A stretch of DNA of 64,000 nucleotides from the NCBI GenBank assembly GCA_965250285.1, contig OZ252299.1, forward strand, positions 3,104,001-3,168,000. The letters run 5' to 3'. Source of the DNA: Myxococcota bacterium. GTDB lineage: Bacteria > Myxococcota_A > UBA9160 > UBA4427. Position numbers and translations under genes: made by a program. A model generated the notes under the pieces. The model saw only the letters and a list, made by a program, of their open reading frames with translations. It was not told where the DNA came from and searched no databases. Below are positions 39,521 through 49,508 of this stretch, piece by piece. Position 1 is the stretch's first letter. The number at the start of each line of letters is the position of its first letter.

Positions 39521-39722
39521 GCCGCGGCGCGTTGTGCGCCCCGCCGCGGTCACATCGACCCGCGCCGGCTCATCAAGAATCAAGCGCTGGTCTGAGCCGC
39601 GGCGCGTTGTGCGCCCCGCCGCGGTCACATCGACCCGCGCCGGCTCATCAAGAATCAAGCGCTGGTCTGAGCCGCGGCGCGTTGTGCGCCCCGCCGCGGT
39701 CAGGTCGACCCGCGCCGGCTCA
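39498..39722. repeat. 75-bp tandem repeat x3
   Basis: Near-identical units at 39498, 39573 and 39648. Confidence 0.95.
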
Positions 39723-41705
39723 TTCGGCGGCCGGCTCCGGCCAGCGCGTCAGCGCGGCTTCGACGCTGGGGCGATGGCCGACGTCTCCGTACCGCAGCGC
39801 GGCATATCGATCGAGCAGCTCGGCCGCCTCGAGGAACGCGGGCTCGGGCCAGGTCGCTGCATCGTCACCGAGTTCGCCGGGCCCGCGAAGTCGCCGCGCC
39901 AGGCCCTCGAGTGACTCGCCGTGCTCGCGCTGGAAGCCGGCGTCGGCCAGGCGCCGCAGCATGGCCTGCAGCGCCAGCGAGACACGTCGCGCCTTGGCCG
40001 CCTCGTCGCCGCGTGCCTCGGTGCGGCCCTGCACGAGCCGCACGATCTGCGCGACGGCGAGGCCGCAGACGAGGACGATCAAGAGCACCGTGCGCCCATG
40101 CACGCGCGCCTGTCGTGCGATCCAATCGATGATCGCCGCGATCTGCGGCGTCTCGGTCAGACCCTCCGACTGGGTCGCCGCCGCGAGCGGCGTCCCGTCG
40201 AGGGTCGTCCAACCGAGGCCGGGCAGATTCGCCTCGACCCACGCGTGGGCGTGGCGCTCGCGCACGACGGCCCAGCCCCCGATCGGGTTGCGCTCGGCCA
40301 CGCGGTAACCGCTCACGAATCGCGCGGGGATGCCGTCGGCGCGCAGCAGCATCGTCAGCGCCGAGGCGAAGTATTCGCAGTGCCCCGTGCGCATCTCCTC
40401 GAGGAACACGACGACCAGGTCGGCGTCGGGGCGCGCGCGCCGACCGGCGAGCCACGCATCGCGGAACGACGTCGAGTAGGTGTACTGCGTCGCGAGGAGC
40501 GCCTCCATCGTCCGCGCCCGCGCGATGGGATCGGTCGGCGCGTCCGCGAGCTCGCGCTGCAGCCAGACTTCGAGATCGGCACGTGCGCCCTCGGGCACAC
40601 TCAAATCCGCTTCGCCCGGTGGCGCCGGCTCGAAGCGCGTCGGCGGTGGCCACACGAGCTCGGCCTGCAGCGGTTGGGTCTCGTCTCCGTGCACGAGATG
40701 CCAGGGATCGACGAGCGCGGCTTCGGGCTCGATGTCGAAGGGATGCGCGCCGAGCGGCAGGAAGTAGTGCGCCGTCGACTCGGAGACGTACTGAATGCGC
40801 GCCGATGGCGCTTCGGGCGGCGGGGGCGCTGCGAGCTGGATCGGATCGAGATCGGCGACGCTCGTCTTCTCGTGCGGTGCCCAGCGGCCGCTGTCGTACG
40901 TGACGTACACGTTGCCGCGCAGGTGCGTGCCGACCGACCCGTCGACGCGCATGACGACCTCATCCGACTCGCTCATGCCATCGAGCGCGTGCAGGCTGAT
41001 CGGACCGTCGTGAAAGCCCGTGCGCTTGATCGGACCGAAGAGGCCGAGCACCGTGGATGCGCCCGAGCGGACCAATCGCGGTCCGTTCTGGCCCCAGACC
41101 CACATGAGCCCGGGCACGAGCGCGACGAGCAGTACGGCCACCAGTGCGTCGCGGCGCTGCAGACGCCACGGCGCGGGCGCGCGCCCGCGCAGCCAGGCAT
41201 CGAGCATGACGGCTGCGAGCGCGAGCGCGAGGTAGGCCGCGAAGAGCCGCGGCAGCCAGAGACCGGTGCGCACGGTTCCGCAAGCGAGAAAGACGAGCCC
41301 GGCCGCCGCGAGCGACCCGGGCAATCCGCCCTCGGGTCGATCCAGGTGCAGGCGCAGCGCGGCCATCGCGAGGCCCGTGAACGCGAAGACGAACATGGCC
41401 GCGCGAAGGGGCGCCTCACCGAGGCCCGTCTGATCGGGCGTCAATGCGTGGATCACCGAGCCGAGTCCGCCCAGCAAGATCAGCGTCAGAACCTCGCCCG
41501 CCGAGCCGGCGTGCCAGTGCCGGCGATGAAGCAGGGAGGCCAGGGCCAGGGTGCCCCCGGCGAGCGCGATGACCGTGCGTCCGGTCGTCAATGCGAGCTG
41601 CGCGGCCGCGACGCCGACCGCGGCGACGGCGAGCACGCTCGCAAGGTGCGCGGCCGCCCGCGTCGCGTTCGCCCCCGACTGCGGCTCGAGATGACGCGCC
41701 TTCAC
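39720..41705 (-). CDS. membrane transglutaminase-like protein (TgpA-like)
   Basis: Multi-TM N-terminus, GHCEYFASA, GIPARFVSGY, HAWVE, W..LDGTP triad; GTGA overlap with DUF58 gene. Confidence 0.9.
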   Translation of the reverse strand: MKARHLEPQSGANATRAAAHLASVLAVAAVGVAAAQLALTTGRTVIALAGGTLALASLLHRRHWHAGSAGEVLTLILLGGLGSVIHALTPDQTGLGEAPLRAAMFVFAFTGLAMAALRLHLDRPEGGLPGSLAAAGLVFLACGTVRTGLWLPRLFAAYLALALAAVMLDAWLRGRAPAPWRLQRRDALVAVLLVALVPGLMWVWGQNGPRLVRSGASTVLGLFGPIKRTGFHDGPISLHALDGMSESDEVVMRVDGSVGTHLRGNVYVTYDSGRWAPHEKTSVADLDPIQLAAPPPPEAPSARIQYVSESTAHYFLPLGAHPFDIEPEAALVDPWHLVHGDETQPLQAELVWPPPTRFEPAPPGEADLSVPEGARADLEVWLQRELADAPTDPIARARTMEALLATQYTYSTSFRDAWLAGRRARPDADLVVVFLEEMRTGHCEYFASALTMLLRADGIPARFVSGYRVAERNPIGGWAVVRERHAHAWVEANLPGLGWTTLDGTPLAAATQSEGLTETPQIAAIIDWIARQARVHGRTVLLIVLVCGLAVAQIVRLVQGRTEARGDEAAKARRVSLALQAMLRRLADAGFQREHGESLEGLARRLRGPGELGDDAATWPEPAFLEAAELLDRYAALRYGDVGHRPSVEAALTRWPEPAAE

Positions 41706-43069
41706 GGCCTGCGCCTCCGGGCCGGACGCAGCCGCCCCGACCACACGCTCGACGGCACCCGGCGCACCTCGGTGAAGCCCGCGTCGACCGGCGCGCCGAC
41801 CGGGGCCCGGTCGCCGCGAGCGAAGCGGGTCGGCTTCGGCTCGAGCACGAACAACCGGATCGGTGCGGCGCCCCGCGCAAACACCGCCGCGCGCTCGAAG
41901 CCCGACCCATCGTCGGAGGGCGTGACGAAGAAGATCTGCGCATCGCCGGCGAGGCTCAGCGCGAGCCGGGCGAGATCGACGTCGTCCGACGACAGCGCGG
42001 CGTCGGACTCTGGCTCGGACTCACCGGACCCGTCGCCCCGCCATGCGCGCACGTTCGCCAGGGCGTCGAAGCCCGCGTCCACGGCACCGCGCCCTCGCCC
42101 CAGAGCGATCGGTGTCGGGTGGTCTGCGTCGAGCACGACGAGCACGATCTCGGCGTCGGCGCTCGCGGCGTCGATGATGAGCCCGGCCGCCACCGAGACC
42201 GCCGCTTCGAAGCGGGTCTCGTTCGAGAGGTCGGCGTCGAGCACGATCGCGACGCAAGCCCGCTCTTCGGCCTGGTACTCGCGTACGACCGGCTCACCGA
42301 GCCGCGCCCAGGTCGCGGCGTGCAGGTCGCGCACCGAGTCGCCCGGGCGATACGGCCGCAGCCCCAGCAGCTCGAGCGACTCACCGCCGGCGCGCGCGCG
42401 CGGCGTCTGGCGTGCCGACTCACTCGCGGCCACGTCGAACGACACGTCACCCAGGTGGATCGGGCGCGGCCAGACGATGAACCGGGTGCCGCGGCTCTCG
42501 AGCTCGGGTCCGGTGGCGAGGCCGAGGGGCAGTGTCGCCGCGACGCCGAAGGTATCGATGTGATGCCTGCCGCGCGCGACGAACGTGCCCGTCGAGACGA
42601 GCTCGGCGTGCGCACCCGCCGCGAGCTCGGCGACGGCGTGCTCCCCTGGCGTCCACTGCCCATCCCAGGGCAGGAACGGACGACGCAGGCGCAGGGCGTG
42701 GAGCGGCGCATCGCCTTCGTTGCGCAGCACGACGCGAAACGGAATCGGCTCGCCCGCCATCGCGCGCGAAGGCGCGTGGATCTCGAGCGCGAGGCCGCGC
42801 GCAGTGAAGAGTCGACGCACGGCGAGGGAACCGATGATGAGGGCCCAGAGCGCGGCGGCGACGTAGTAGTTCTGGCCGCGCAACACGTCGAGTCCCATCA
42901 GACCGGCGAGGAACGCGAGGCCGAGGAGCCCGCGCCCGAGGTCGGTGAGCGCAAGATAGACACGCGCCATGGGACCGAAGAGCACGCGCACGAGCCAGCG
43001 ATCGCGCTGGGCGTCGCGCCCCTCCTTCGTCGCCGGGATCAGGATGTGATTGAGGCGCGCGAAGTTCAT
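41702..43069 (-). CDS. DUF58 domain protein
   Basis: RG.H, PLGL, GLRPYRPGDSVRDLH...WARLG, FEAAVSVAA. Confidence 0.88.
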   Translation of the reverse strand: MNFARLNHILIPATKEGRDAQRDRWLVRVLFGPMARVYLALTDLGRGLLGLAFLAGLMGLDVLRGQNYYVAAALWALIIGSLAVRRLFTARGLALEIHAPSRAMAGEPIPFRVVLRNEGDAPLHALRLRRPFLPWDGQWTPGEHAVAELAAGAHAELVSTGTFVARGRHHIDTFGVAATLPLGLATGPELESRGTRFIVWPRPIHLGDVSFDVAASESARQTPRARAGGESLELLGLRPYRPGDSVRDLHAATWARLGEPVVREYQAEERACVAIVLDADLSNETRFEAAVSVAAGLIIDAASADAEIVLVVLDADHPTPIALGRGRGAVDAGFDALANVRAWRGDGSGESEPESDAALSSDDVDLARLALSLAGDAQIFFVTPSDDGSGFERAAVFARGAAPIRLFVLEPKPTRFARGDRAPVGAPVDAGFTEVRRVPSSVWSGRLRPARRRRP

Positions 43070-43136
43070 GCTGCGCTCCTCTCGTCCCGACCCGGGCCCT
43101 GGCCCGAACAGCTCACGGTCGTCACCGGCGGCGGGT

Positions 43137-44108
43137 CTAGAGCGGCGGGCGCGTCTCGCCCACGATCTCGCGAACCAGGGCCGAGGCAGTGGCCCCGCTG
43201 AACCGGGCGTCGCCGCCCAGCTGCAGCCTGTGCGCGAGACAGGGGACGGACAGCTGCTGCAGGTCGTCGGGCGAGACGAAGTCGCGGCCGTCGAGCAGCG
43301 CCCAGGCCTGCGCGCTGCGCAGCCAGGACAGGCTGCCGCGTGGGCTCACGCCGAGATCGAGCTCAGGATGCGTGCGCGTGCGCTCGACCATCTCGAGCAT
43401 GTAGCGCGCGACCTCTTCCTTGACCTGGACCGCGCGCACCCGCTTCTGCACCGCGGCGAGCGCCGACACGTCACCGACGGGCTCGAGCGCGTCGAGGGGA
43501 TCGGCGCCGCGGCGGTCGAAGAGCAGGTCGAGCTCGTCGTCCGAGCTCGGGTAGCCGAGCCCGAAGCAGAGATGAAAGCGGTCGAGCTGCGCTTCGGGCA
43601 GCGGGAACGTGCCGTGGCTGTGCGCCGGATTCTGCGTGGCGAGCACGCAGAACGGCGAAGGCAGCGCATGGCTCGTACCGTCGACGGTCACCTGCTCTTC
43701 GTTCATCGCCTCGAGCAGCGCGGCCTGGGTACGCGGCGATGCGCGGTTGATCTCGTCGGCGAGCAGCACGTGCGCGAAGACCGGACCCGGACGAAACGCG
43801 AAGCTCTGATCGCGCGGGTCGAGCACCGGGCAACCGAGGATGTCGGCCGGCAGCAGGTCGGGCGTGAACTGGACACGCGCGAACTCGGCATCGAAGCAGC
43901 GGGCCAGGGCCTTGGCGAGGGTCGTCTTGCCGACCCCGGGCACGTCCTCGAGCAGCACGTGGCCGCCGGCGAACACCCCGCACAGCAGCAGGTCGATCGC
44001 CTCGGGCTTGCCGCGGATCACGCTGCCGAGGCGGGCGCGCACGCCGCGGATCAGCTCGTCGCCCGGGGTGGCATCGGGTCGGCGCTCGGTGGCAGACGGG
44101 TCGTTCAC
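43137..44108 (-). CDS. MoxR family AAA+ ATPase
   Basis: LLEDVPGVGKT, QFTPDLLPADI, LADEINRASPRTQAALLEAM, ATQNP, LPEAQLDRF; GTG start with GAGGAG RBS. Confidence 0.95.
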   Translation of the reverse strand: MNDPSATERRPDATPGDELIRGVRARLGSVIRGKPEAIDLLLCGVFAGGHVLLEDVPGVGKTTLAKALARCFDAEFARVQFTPDLLPADILGCPVLDPRDQSFAFRPGPVFAHVLLADEINRASPRTQAALLEAMNEEQVTVDGTSHALPSPFCVLATQNPAHSHGTFPLPEAQLDRFHLCFGLGYPSSDDELDLLFDRRGADPLDALEPVGDVSALAAVQKRVRAVQVKEEVARYMLEMVERTRTHPELDLGVSPRGSLSWLRSAQAWALLDGRDFVSPDDLQQLSVPCLAHRLQLGGDARFSGATASALVREIVGETRPPL

Positions 44109-44427
44109 GGGGGGCTCTCCTCGGTCGATCGGCAGTGCGAGCATGGCGCCAGCGAGCTGGCCCGGCCATGCGCTCGGCGTCGTTGCCCCGCCTCGTCGGT
44201 CATGGCCTCGAAGCTTCGACACCGGGGCACAGGTCTCGGGTGCAGCCTGGATCCGCCGAGGCTTCCCTACCGGCGGAACCGGAGCGAACCGGCGCGGACG
44301 CGCGGCGAATCCGCTCCGTCTCATCGACCCCCCGAGAACCCGACCTGACGTCGAACTGACCCGGCGGGCCCGCGGCGGAGCCATGCCGGGCCCGAGCGAC
44401 CCGACCGGGCTCGGGTAAGCTCGCCGG

Positions 44428-45468
44428 ATGCCCTCGCCCGCGCCCCTCCGCTCGCTCCCCAAGCAGCCCGACGACACCCCGTTCCCGACCGACGCCTGGC
44501 CGGAGCACCCCGACGCGGCCCTGCGCCGCGACGTCGGCGCGCAGCTCGAGACCCACTTCGGGCCCGCCGCAGCCGATCGCATCGGCGAGACCCACGCGCT
44601 GCTCGTCGTCCAGGGCGGCCGCCTCGTCGCCGAGCGCTACGCCCCGGGCTTCGACGCCGAGACAACCCTGCCCTCGTGGTCGATGGCCAAGAGCATCCTG
44701 CACTCGCTCGCGGGCATCGTCGTGCGCGAGGGCGGGCTCGACATTTACGCGCCCGCGAACGTGCCCGCCTGGCAGAGCGATGACGACCCGCGGCGCGAGA
44801 TCACCCCCGATCAGCTGCTGCGCATGTCGAGCGGGCTCGCGTTCCACGAGGCGTACCTGCCCGACGTCGGCAGCGACGTCGTCGAGATGCTCTTCGGGAG
44901 CGGCCAGGACGACGTCGCGGGCTTCGCCGAGTCGTTCCCCCTCGCCCAACCCCGCGACACGTGGTGGAACTACTCGAGCGGCACGAGCAACATCGTCTCG
45001 GCCATCGTGCACCGCTCGATCGACCGGTTCGGCGACGCCCACCGCGCCTACCTCTTCAGCGAGCTCTACGACCGCATCGGGATGCGCTCGTGCGAGCCGA
45101 AGTACGACGCCGCGGGCACCTGGATCGGTTCGTCGTACAACTTCGCGACCGCCCGCGACTTCGCGCGCTTCGGCCTGCTCCAGCTGCGCGACGGCACCTG
45201 GGACGGGCAGCGGATCCTGCCCGAGGGCTGGGTCGACTACGCGCGCACCCCGACCCCGCGCTCGTCGGGCCACTACGGCGCCCACTTCTGGCTCTCGAGG
45301 CACGGCGGTGCGCGCTTCAGCTGCAACGGATTCCGCTGTCAGTTCATCGTGATGGATCCCGAGCGCGACGTCGTGCTCGTCCGCTCGGGCAACAGCGCCG
45401 ACGAGCACCGCGCCGCGCTCTACCTCGCCCTCGCCGAGGTGATCGAGACCTTCCCCGAGCTCGCCTGA
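44428..45468 (+). CDS. serine hydrolase, beta-lactamase class C-like family
   Basis: SWSMAKS (SxxK), LLRMSSG, WNYSSG, RDFARFG. Confidence 0.9.
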   Translation: MPSPAPLRSLPKQPDDTPFPTDAWPEHPDAALRRDVGAQLETHFGPAAADRIGETHALLVVQGGRLVAERYAPGFDAETTLPSWSMAKSILHSLAGIVVREGGLDIYAPANVPAWQSDDDPRREITPDQLLRMSSGLAFHEAYLPDVGSDVVEMLFGSGQDDVAGFAESFPLAQPRDTWWNYSSGTSNIVSAIVHRSIDRFGDAHRAYLFSELYDRIGMRSCEPKYDAAGTWIGSSYNFATARDFARFGLLQLRDGTWDGQRILPEGWVDYARTPTPRSSGHYGAHFWLSRHGGARFSCNGFRCQFIVMDPERDVVLVRSGNSADEHRAALYLALAEVIETFPELA

Positions 45469-45654
45469 GCGGCGCGCCAGACTCACCCAGCGCAATTCGA
45501 GTGCCACTGTAGAGGCCCGCGCTGCGGCGGAGGCGAAGGCGTGGCCCCCGCGTTCGTGCTCAAGAATGCCCCCTCGACGGGACGATCCTGAATCCGGTCC
45601 GTTTTCGGATCGGCCGCGCGCCGGCAGGCACGCGGTGCGGGAGGGGAGCCGCAC

Positions 45655-47364
45655 GTGTCGGCCTATCTGAAGTTCTTCCAGCTCGAGAAGTCGCCTTTCG
45701 ACACGCGAGCCCAGAGCGCCCTCGTGCTCGGCACGAAGGCTTTGCGTGGCGCATTCGCCGAGATCGAGGCGGGCCTCGAAGACGCCGCGCCGCGCATCTG
45801 CGTCGACGGCAAGGCGGGGCTGGGCAAGACGAGCCTCGCGCGCGCGCTGCCGAAGCTGCTCGGCGAGAGCGCTCGGGTCGTGCTGATCCTGAACCCCTCG
45901 CTGCCCTGGAGCACCCTGCGCAGCGCCATCGTCAAGCAGCTCGACCTCGCCGAGGGCAACCTGTCGCGCAAGACGCTCATGCGAGCGCGCAGCGAGGGAC
46001 GCCGGCTGGTGATCGTCGTGGATCAGGCCGAGCGCATCTCGAGCGAATCGCTCGATCATCTCGACATCCTGCTCGGCTACAAGAACGACGACGACCAGCA
46101 GCTCGTCCACTGCGTGCTGCTCGCGAACCTCCAGGCGGCGGCCTCACAGCACAACGAACAGGGCGAGCAGACGCCGCTGCTCTGGTGGCTCGACAAGCTG
46201 AACACGCTGCAGCTCGAGTTCCAGCCGATCCCGTCGGCCGGCGTCACCAGCTACGTGAACAAGCACCTCAAGCGCGCAGGCTGGAAGGGCGGCCAGATCT
46301 TCACGGCGGACGCGCTGCAGACGATCCATCGCCTGACGGGCGGCGTCCCCCGCGAGATGAGCGAGCTCTGCGAGCGCGCCCTCGAGCTCGCCGCCGAGGA
46401 AGGCACGAGCGAGATCGACGCGCAGCTCGTCGAGGACGTCTTCGGCGAGATCCCGCTCGAAGAGCTCGTCGACGACGACCCCGACCTCACCGACTCGATG
46501 TTCGTCGGCGCCCGGGACGACCACGCGCAGGCGAACACGACCACGTTCGGCGGGACCGCGCCCCCCCCGCCCGAAGCGGCCCCGTTCAGCGAGCCGACCA
46601 GCGCGCTGGACGCCGAGGTGACCGACACCCTGCAGGCCGACGATCCGCGCATCGACCGCATGCCGACGCCGGGTCGCAGCGTGCACGCGCCGGTCGAAGC
46701 GCCGGTGAGCCTCGACTCATTCTTCGGCGACTCACTCGACGGTCCGTCTGTCCGAGCGACGCCGCCGCTGCCCGAAGAAACGACCGACCCCTTCGATCCG
46801 CTCGAGGCGGCGACCGAAGCGCCTCCCGCGGCCGAAGCGTCGTTCGATGACACCGACGTCGAGGCGGCGTCGCCGGAGCGCAGCTGGATCAAGTGGGCCG
46901 GGATCGCAGCCGGCGCGCTGGTCGTGCTCGGCGGCGGGAGCTTCGCGGCGCTTTCGCTGCTCGGTGGCAGCGACAGCCCCGACGAGCCGCCGGCCGTGCT
47001 CGCGCGGCCCAAGCCCGCGCCGAGCGTGCAGCCGCCGATCGCCGGCATCGAGCCGATCCGGCCCGATGCCCAACCCGCCATCGAGCCGATCCGGCCCGGC
47101 GCCCAACCCGCCAACGAGCCGACCACGGGCAGCGAGGAAGGGTTCGTCGAGCTGGGCGGGATGGCCATCGACCCGCTCGACGCCGATCTCGCCGCGGCAG
47201 CGGCCGAGCCGGGGGCGACCGAGTCGCAGGGCGTCCCCAGCCCCGATGCCCCGGACCGGCCCGGGGCCGACGCACCGAGCGCCGACGTCGAAGCCGAACC
47301 CGCGCCCGCCGCCCCGGCCTTCGAAGACCCGGCCGAGACCGAGGTCGACGCGCCGTACTGGTAG
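45655..47364 (+). CDS. ExeA/GspA-like AAA ATPase with TM and low-complexity C-terminus
   Basis: YLKFFQLEKSPF, GKAGLGKTS Walker A, VVDQAE, TGGVPR...LCERAL, one TM. Confidence 0.85.
   Translation: MSAYLKFFQLEKSPFDTRAQSALVLGTKALRGAFAEIEAGLEDAAPRICVDGKAGLGKTSLARALPKLLGESARVVLILNPSLPWSTLRSAIVKQLDLAEGNLSRKTLMRARSEGRRLVIVVDQAERISSESLDHLDILLGYKNDDDQQLVHCVLLANLQAAASQHNEQGEQTPLLWWLDKLNTLQLEFQPIPSAGVTSYVNKHLKRAGWKGGQIFTADALQTIHRLTGGVPREMSELCERALELAAEEGTSEIDAQLVEDVFGEIPLEELVDDDPDLTDSMFVGARDDHAQANTTTFGGTAPPPPEAAPFSEPTSALDAEVTDTLQADDPRIDRMPTPGRSVHAPVEAPVSLDSFFGDSLDGPSVRATPPLPEETTDPFDPLEAATEAPPAAEASFDDTDVEAASPERSWIKWAGIAAGALVVLGGGSFAALSLLGGSDSPDEPPAVLARPKPAPSVQPPIAGIEPIRPDAQPAIEPIRPGAQPANEPTTGSEEGFVELGGMAIDPLDADLAAAAAEPGATESQGVPSPDAPDRPGADAPSADVEAEPAPAAPAFEDPAETEVDAPYW
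47046..47122 (+). repeat. 33-bp coding tandem repeat x2.3
   Basis: Encodes IEPIRP(D/G)AQPA twice. Confidence 0.85.
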
Positions 47365-47394
47365 GCGCCGCGCGGGCACGCCAAGCTCCCGGCC

Positions 47395-48207
47395 ATGTCG
47401 AGCCCCGACCGGTCGCTCGCCGAGCGCGTCGCGCGCGTCTATCTCGCGCAACGCACGCTCGGTTGCGAGACGACGCGTCGCCCGGGTCTGACCGTGGCGC
47501 GCAACCGCGAGACGCCGCTCATCTGGGACGCGAACTTCGCGTACGAGATCGCGGCGCCCCTTGCCCACGACCCGGCCGCGCTCGGCGCGGCGCTCGACGA
47601 GGCCTTTGCCGACGCATCACACCGCAAGGTCGTGTGCGACGTCGACACCGCGCCCGGGGTCGAGGCCGCACTGGTCGCACTCGGCTTCGGGGTCGAACAG
47701 ATCGTTCAGCTCGTGCTCGAAACCGAGCTCGCGCACCCCACCCCGATGCCGGAAGGGGTCACGATCGAAGCCGCCGAGAGCGAGCCCGACTGGGCGGCGC
47801 TCGTCGATCTGCAGCACGCAAATTTCACCGAGAAGGCCGAGGGCGGCGCGCGTCCGCCGATGGAGCGCGTCGTGGCCGAGCAGATGGTGCGCAGTTGGCG
47901 GATGAAGCGCGCGATGCGGTTCTGGCTGGCGCGCGCGGAGGGGGTGCCTTGCGCCTATCTGGGCTCATGGGTCGGCGAGGCGGGGCTCGGCATGGTCGAA
48001 TCGCTCTTCACCGAGCCGGGGGCGCGTCACCGCGGCATCGCGAGGGCGCTGATTGGCCGGGCCGTCGCCGAGGTACGCGCCGAGGGCGCAGAAGCGGTGC
48101 TGATCGGCGCAGACATCGAGGACACTCCCAAGCAGATGTACCTCGACCTCGGTTTTCGTCCCGTCTGTCTCACCCGCGAGTGGCTGCGACTGCCTGACGC
48201 CGACTGA
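47395..48207 (+). CDS. GNAT family N-acetyltransferase
   Basis: LFTEPGARHRGIA acetyl-CoA motif, MY..LGF. Confidence 0.85.
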   Translation: MSSPDRSLAERVARVYLAQRTLGCETTRRPGLTVARNRETPLIWDANFAYEIAAPLAHDPAALGAALDEAFADASHRKVVCDVDTAPGVEAALVALGFGVEQIVQLVLETELAHPTPMPEGVTIEAAESEPDWAALVDLQHANFTEKAEGGARPPMERVVAEQMVRSWRMKRAMRFWLARAEGVPCAYLGSWVGEAGLGMVESLFTEPGARHRGIARALIGRAVAEVRAEGAEAVLIGADIEDTPKQMYLDLGFRPVCLTREWLRLPDAD

Positions 48208-48243
48208 GCAAGGGCATCGGGCGGACGGACGAGAGCGCGCCGA

Positions 48244-48702
48244 TCAGCCCGCTCGAACGGTCTCCACCGTCACCCAGCCACGCCCACCCGAGCTGCGGTC
48301 GTAGCCGACGCGCAGCTCGATGCGGCGCATGTGGCCCGAGCGGTCGAGGTTGGTCACCCGCACCTCGACGTCGTAGATCTCGGGGGCGGCCTCGGGATCG
48401 ATCGTGTCGCCGAAGAACTCGACCGGCACCTCGCCCAGCGCGTAGCCGGGCTGGTTCACCCAGGGCGCCGGCACGAAGTCGGGCGTCTCGGTGACGCGGG
48501 CGAAGTCGATCTGATGCGCCACGTTGCTCTGGCCCTGGGCGATGGCGAACGCCTGGCTCCGCGTCTCGGTCGACTGGGGCGCCGCATCGGGCGAGCCGCT
48601 CACCCAGTCGGCGCCGAAGACGACCATCGCCACCAGGGCGAGGCACGCGCTGAATTCGGTCACGCTGAAGCCGCCGGTCCGTCTCGTGTTCACGTCGATC
48701 AT
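48244..48702 (-). CDS. type IV pilin/pseudopilin-like protein
   Basis: RRTGG|FSVTE followed by a hydrophobic helix (prepilin peptidase motif G-F...E5). Confidence 0.65.
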   Translation of the reverse strand: MIDVNTRRTGGFSVTEFSACLALVAMVVFGADWVSGSPDAAPQSTETRSQAFAIAQGQSNVAHQIDFARVTETPDFVPAPWVNQPGYALGEVPVEFFGDTIDPEAAPEIYDVEVRVTNLDRSGHMRRIELRVGYDRSSGGRGWVTVETVRAG

Positions 48703-48772
48703 CGCTTGCTCCCCCAGTCGGGCGCCCGATCGGTCCGCATCTTCGCCGACCGCGCGTCTTCAGCGATGAAAG

Positions 48773-48789
48773 AGCAAGCATCGGGCCAA
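48773..48789 (-). promoter_or_regulatory. sigma54 (-24/-12) promoter
   Basis: Minus strand TTGGCCCGATGCTTGCT: GG-N10-GC, about 70 nt upstream of the pilin-like start. Confidence 0.7.
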
Positions 48790-48944
48790 CCGCGCGAGGC
48801 CCTCTTTCTCGATGGATTCCGGGCACTTGCTGTGTGAGCGGAACGATTGCAGGGCGTCCTGCCTCTCCGGGTCGTGGAACCGCGCCACCCAGTGCGAAGC
48901 AGCTTGCACAGCGCCGGGGCCGGGCTGACCGCCCTGCGACGCAA

Positions 48945-48976
48945 GAGGCCCCGCGTCGATGACGACGCGGGGCCTC
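48945..48976 (-). terminator. hairpin downstream of peroxiredoxin
   Basis: Perfect 14-bp stem GAGGCCCCGCGTCG-ATGA-CGACGCGGGGCCTC; weak U tract. Confidence 0.5.
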
Positions 48977-49034
48977 GGTGGAGCAGGGTCGGTTCGCGCC
49001 CTTGCGGCGAAGGGCGCGCCGACTGAGCTGCAGG

Positions 49035-49508
49035 CTAGAGCGCGGAGAGGATCGAGTCCGCGTCACTCACCTCGAACTTCATCGGAGCCTCGACGTTCAG
49101 CGTTTCGACGACGCCGTCGTTCACGATCATCGCGTAGCGCTGCGAGCGCAGGCCGAAGCCGATGCCCGAGCCGTCGAAGTCGAGGCCAACGGCCTTCGCG
49201 AAGTCGCCGTTGCCGTCGGCGAGCATGGTCACCTTGTCACCGGTGTTCTGATCCTCGCCCCACGCGCCCATCACGAAGGCGTCGTTGACCGAGAGGCACA
49301 CGATCTCGTCGACGCCCTTGCCTTTGATCTCTTCGGCCTTGGCGACGAAGCCGGGCAGGTGTTGGTTCGAGCACGTGGGCGTGAAGGCGCCGGGGACGGC
49401 GAACACGACGACCTTGCGGCCGCCGAAGAGCTCATCCGTCGAGAGGTCGCTCATATCGGTCTTCTTCAGGGTCACGCTGGGGATCTTTTCGCCGACTGCG
49501 ATGGACAT
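49035..49508 (-). CDS. peroxiredoxin (Prx5 type)
   Basis: VPGAFTPTCS..HLPGF, SVNDAFVM.AW, ADGNG, RSQRYAM. Confidence 0.95.
   Translation of the reverse strand: MSIAVGEKIPSVTLKKTDMSDLSTDELFGGRKVVVFAVPGAFTPTCSNQHLPGFVAKAEEIKGKGVDEIVCLSVNDAFVMGAWGEDQNTGDKVTMLADGNGDFAKAVGLDFDGSGIGFGLRSQRYAMIVNDGVVETLNVEAPMKFEVSDADSILSAL

Noticed and set aside
39498..39722. Possible CRISPR array
   Set aside because: Units are contiguous and near-identical with no unique spacers, and no cas genes are in the window
39921..42563. 880-aa plus-strand ORF
   Set aside because: Antisense to the transglutaminase and DUF58 genes; Arg/Ala-rich with no domain signal
39720..44108. MoxR-DUF58-transglutaminase triad as a novel system
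   Set aside because: Well-known, widespread gene arrangement
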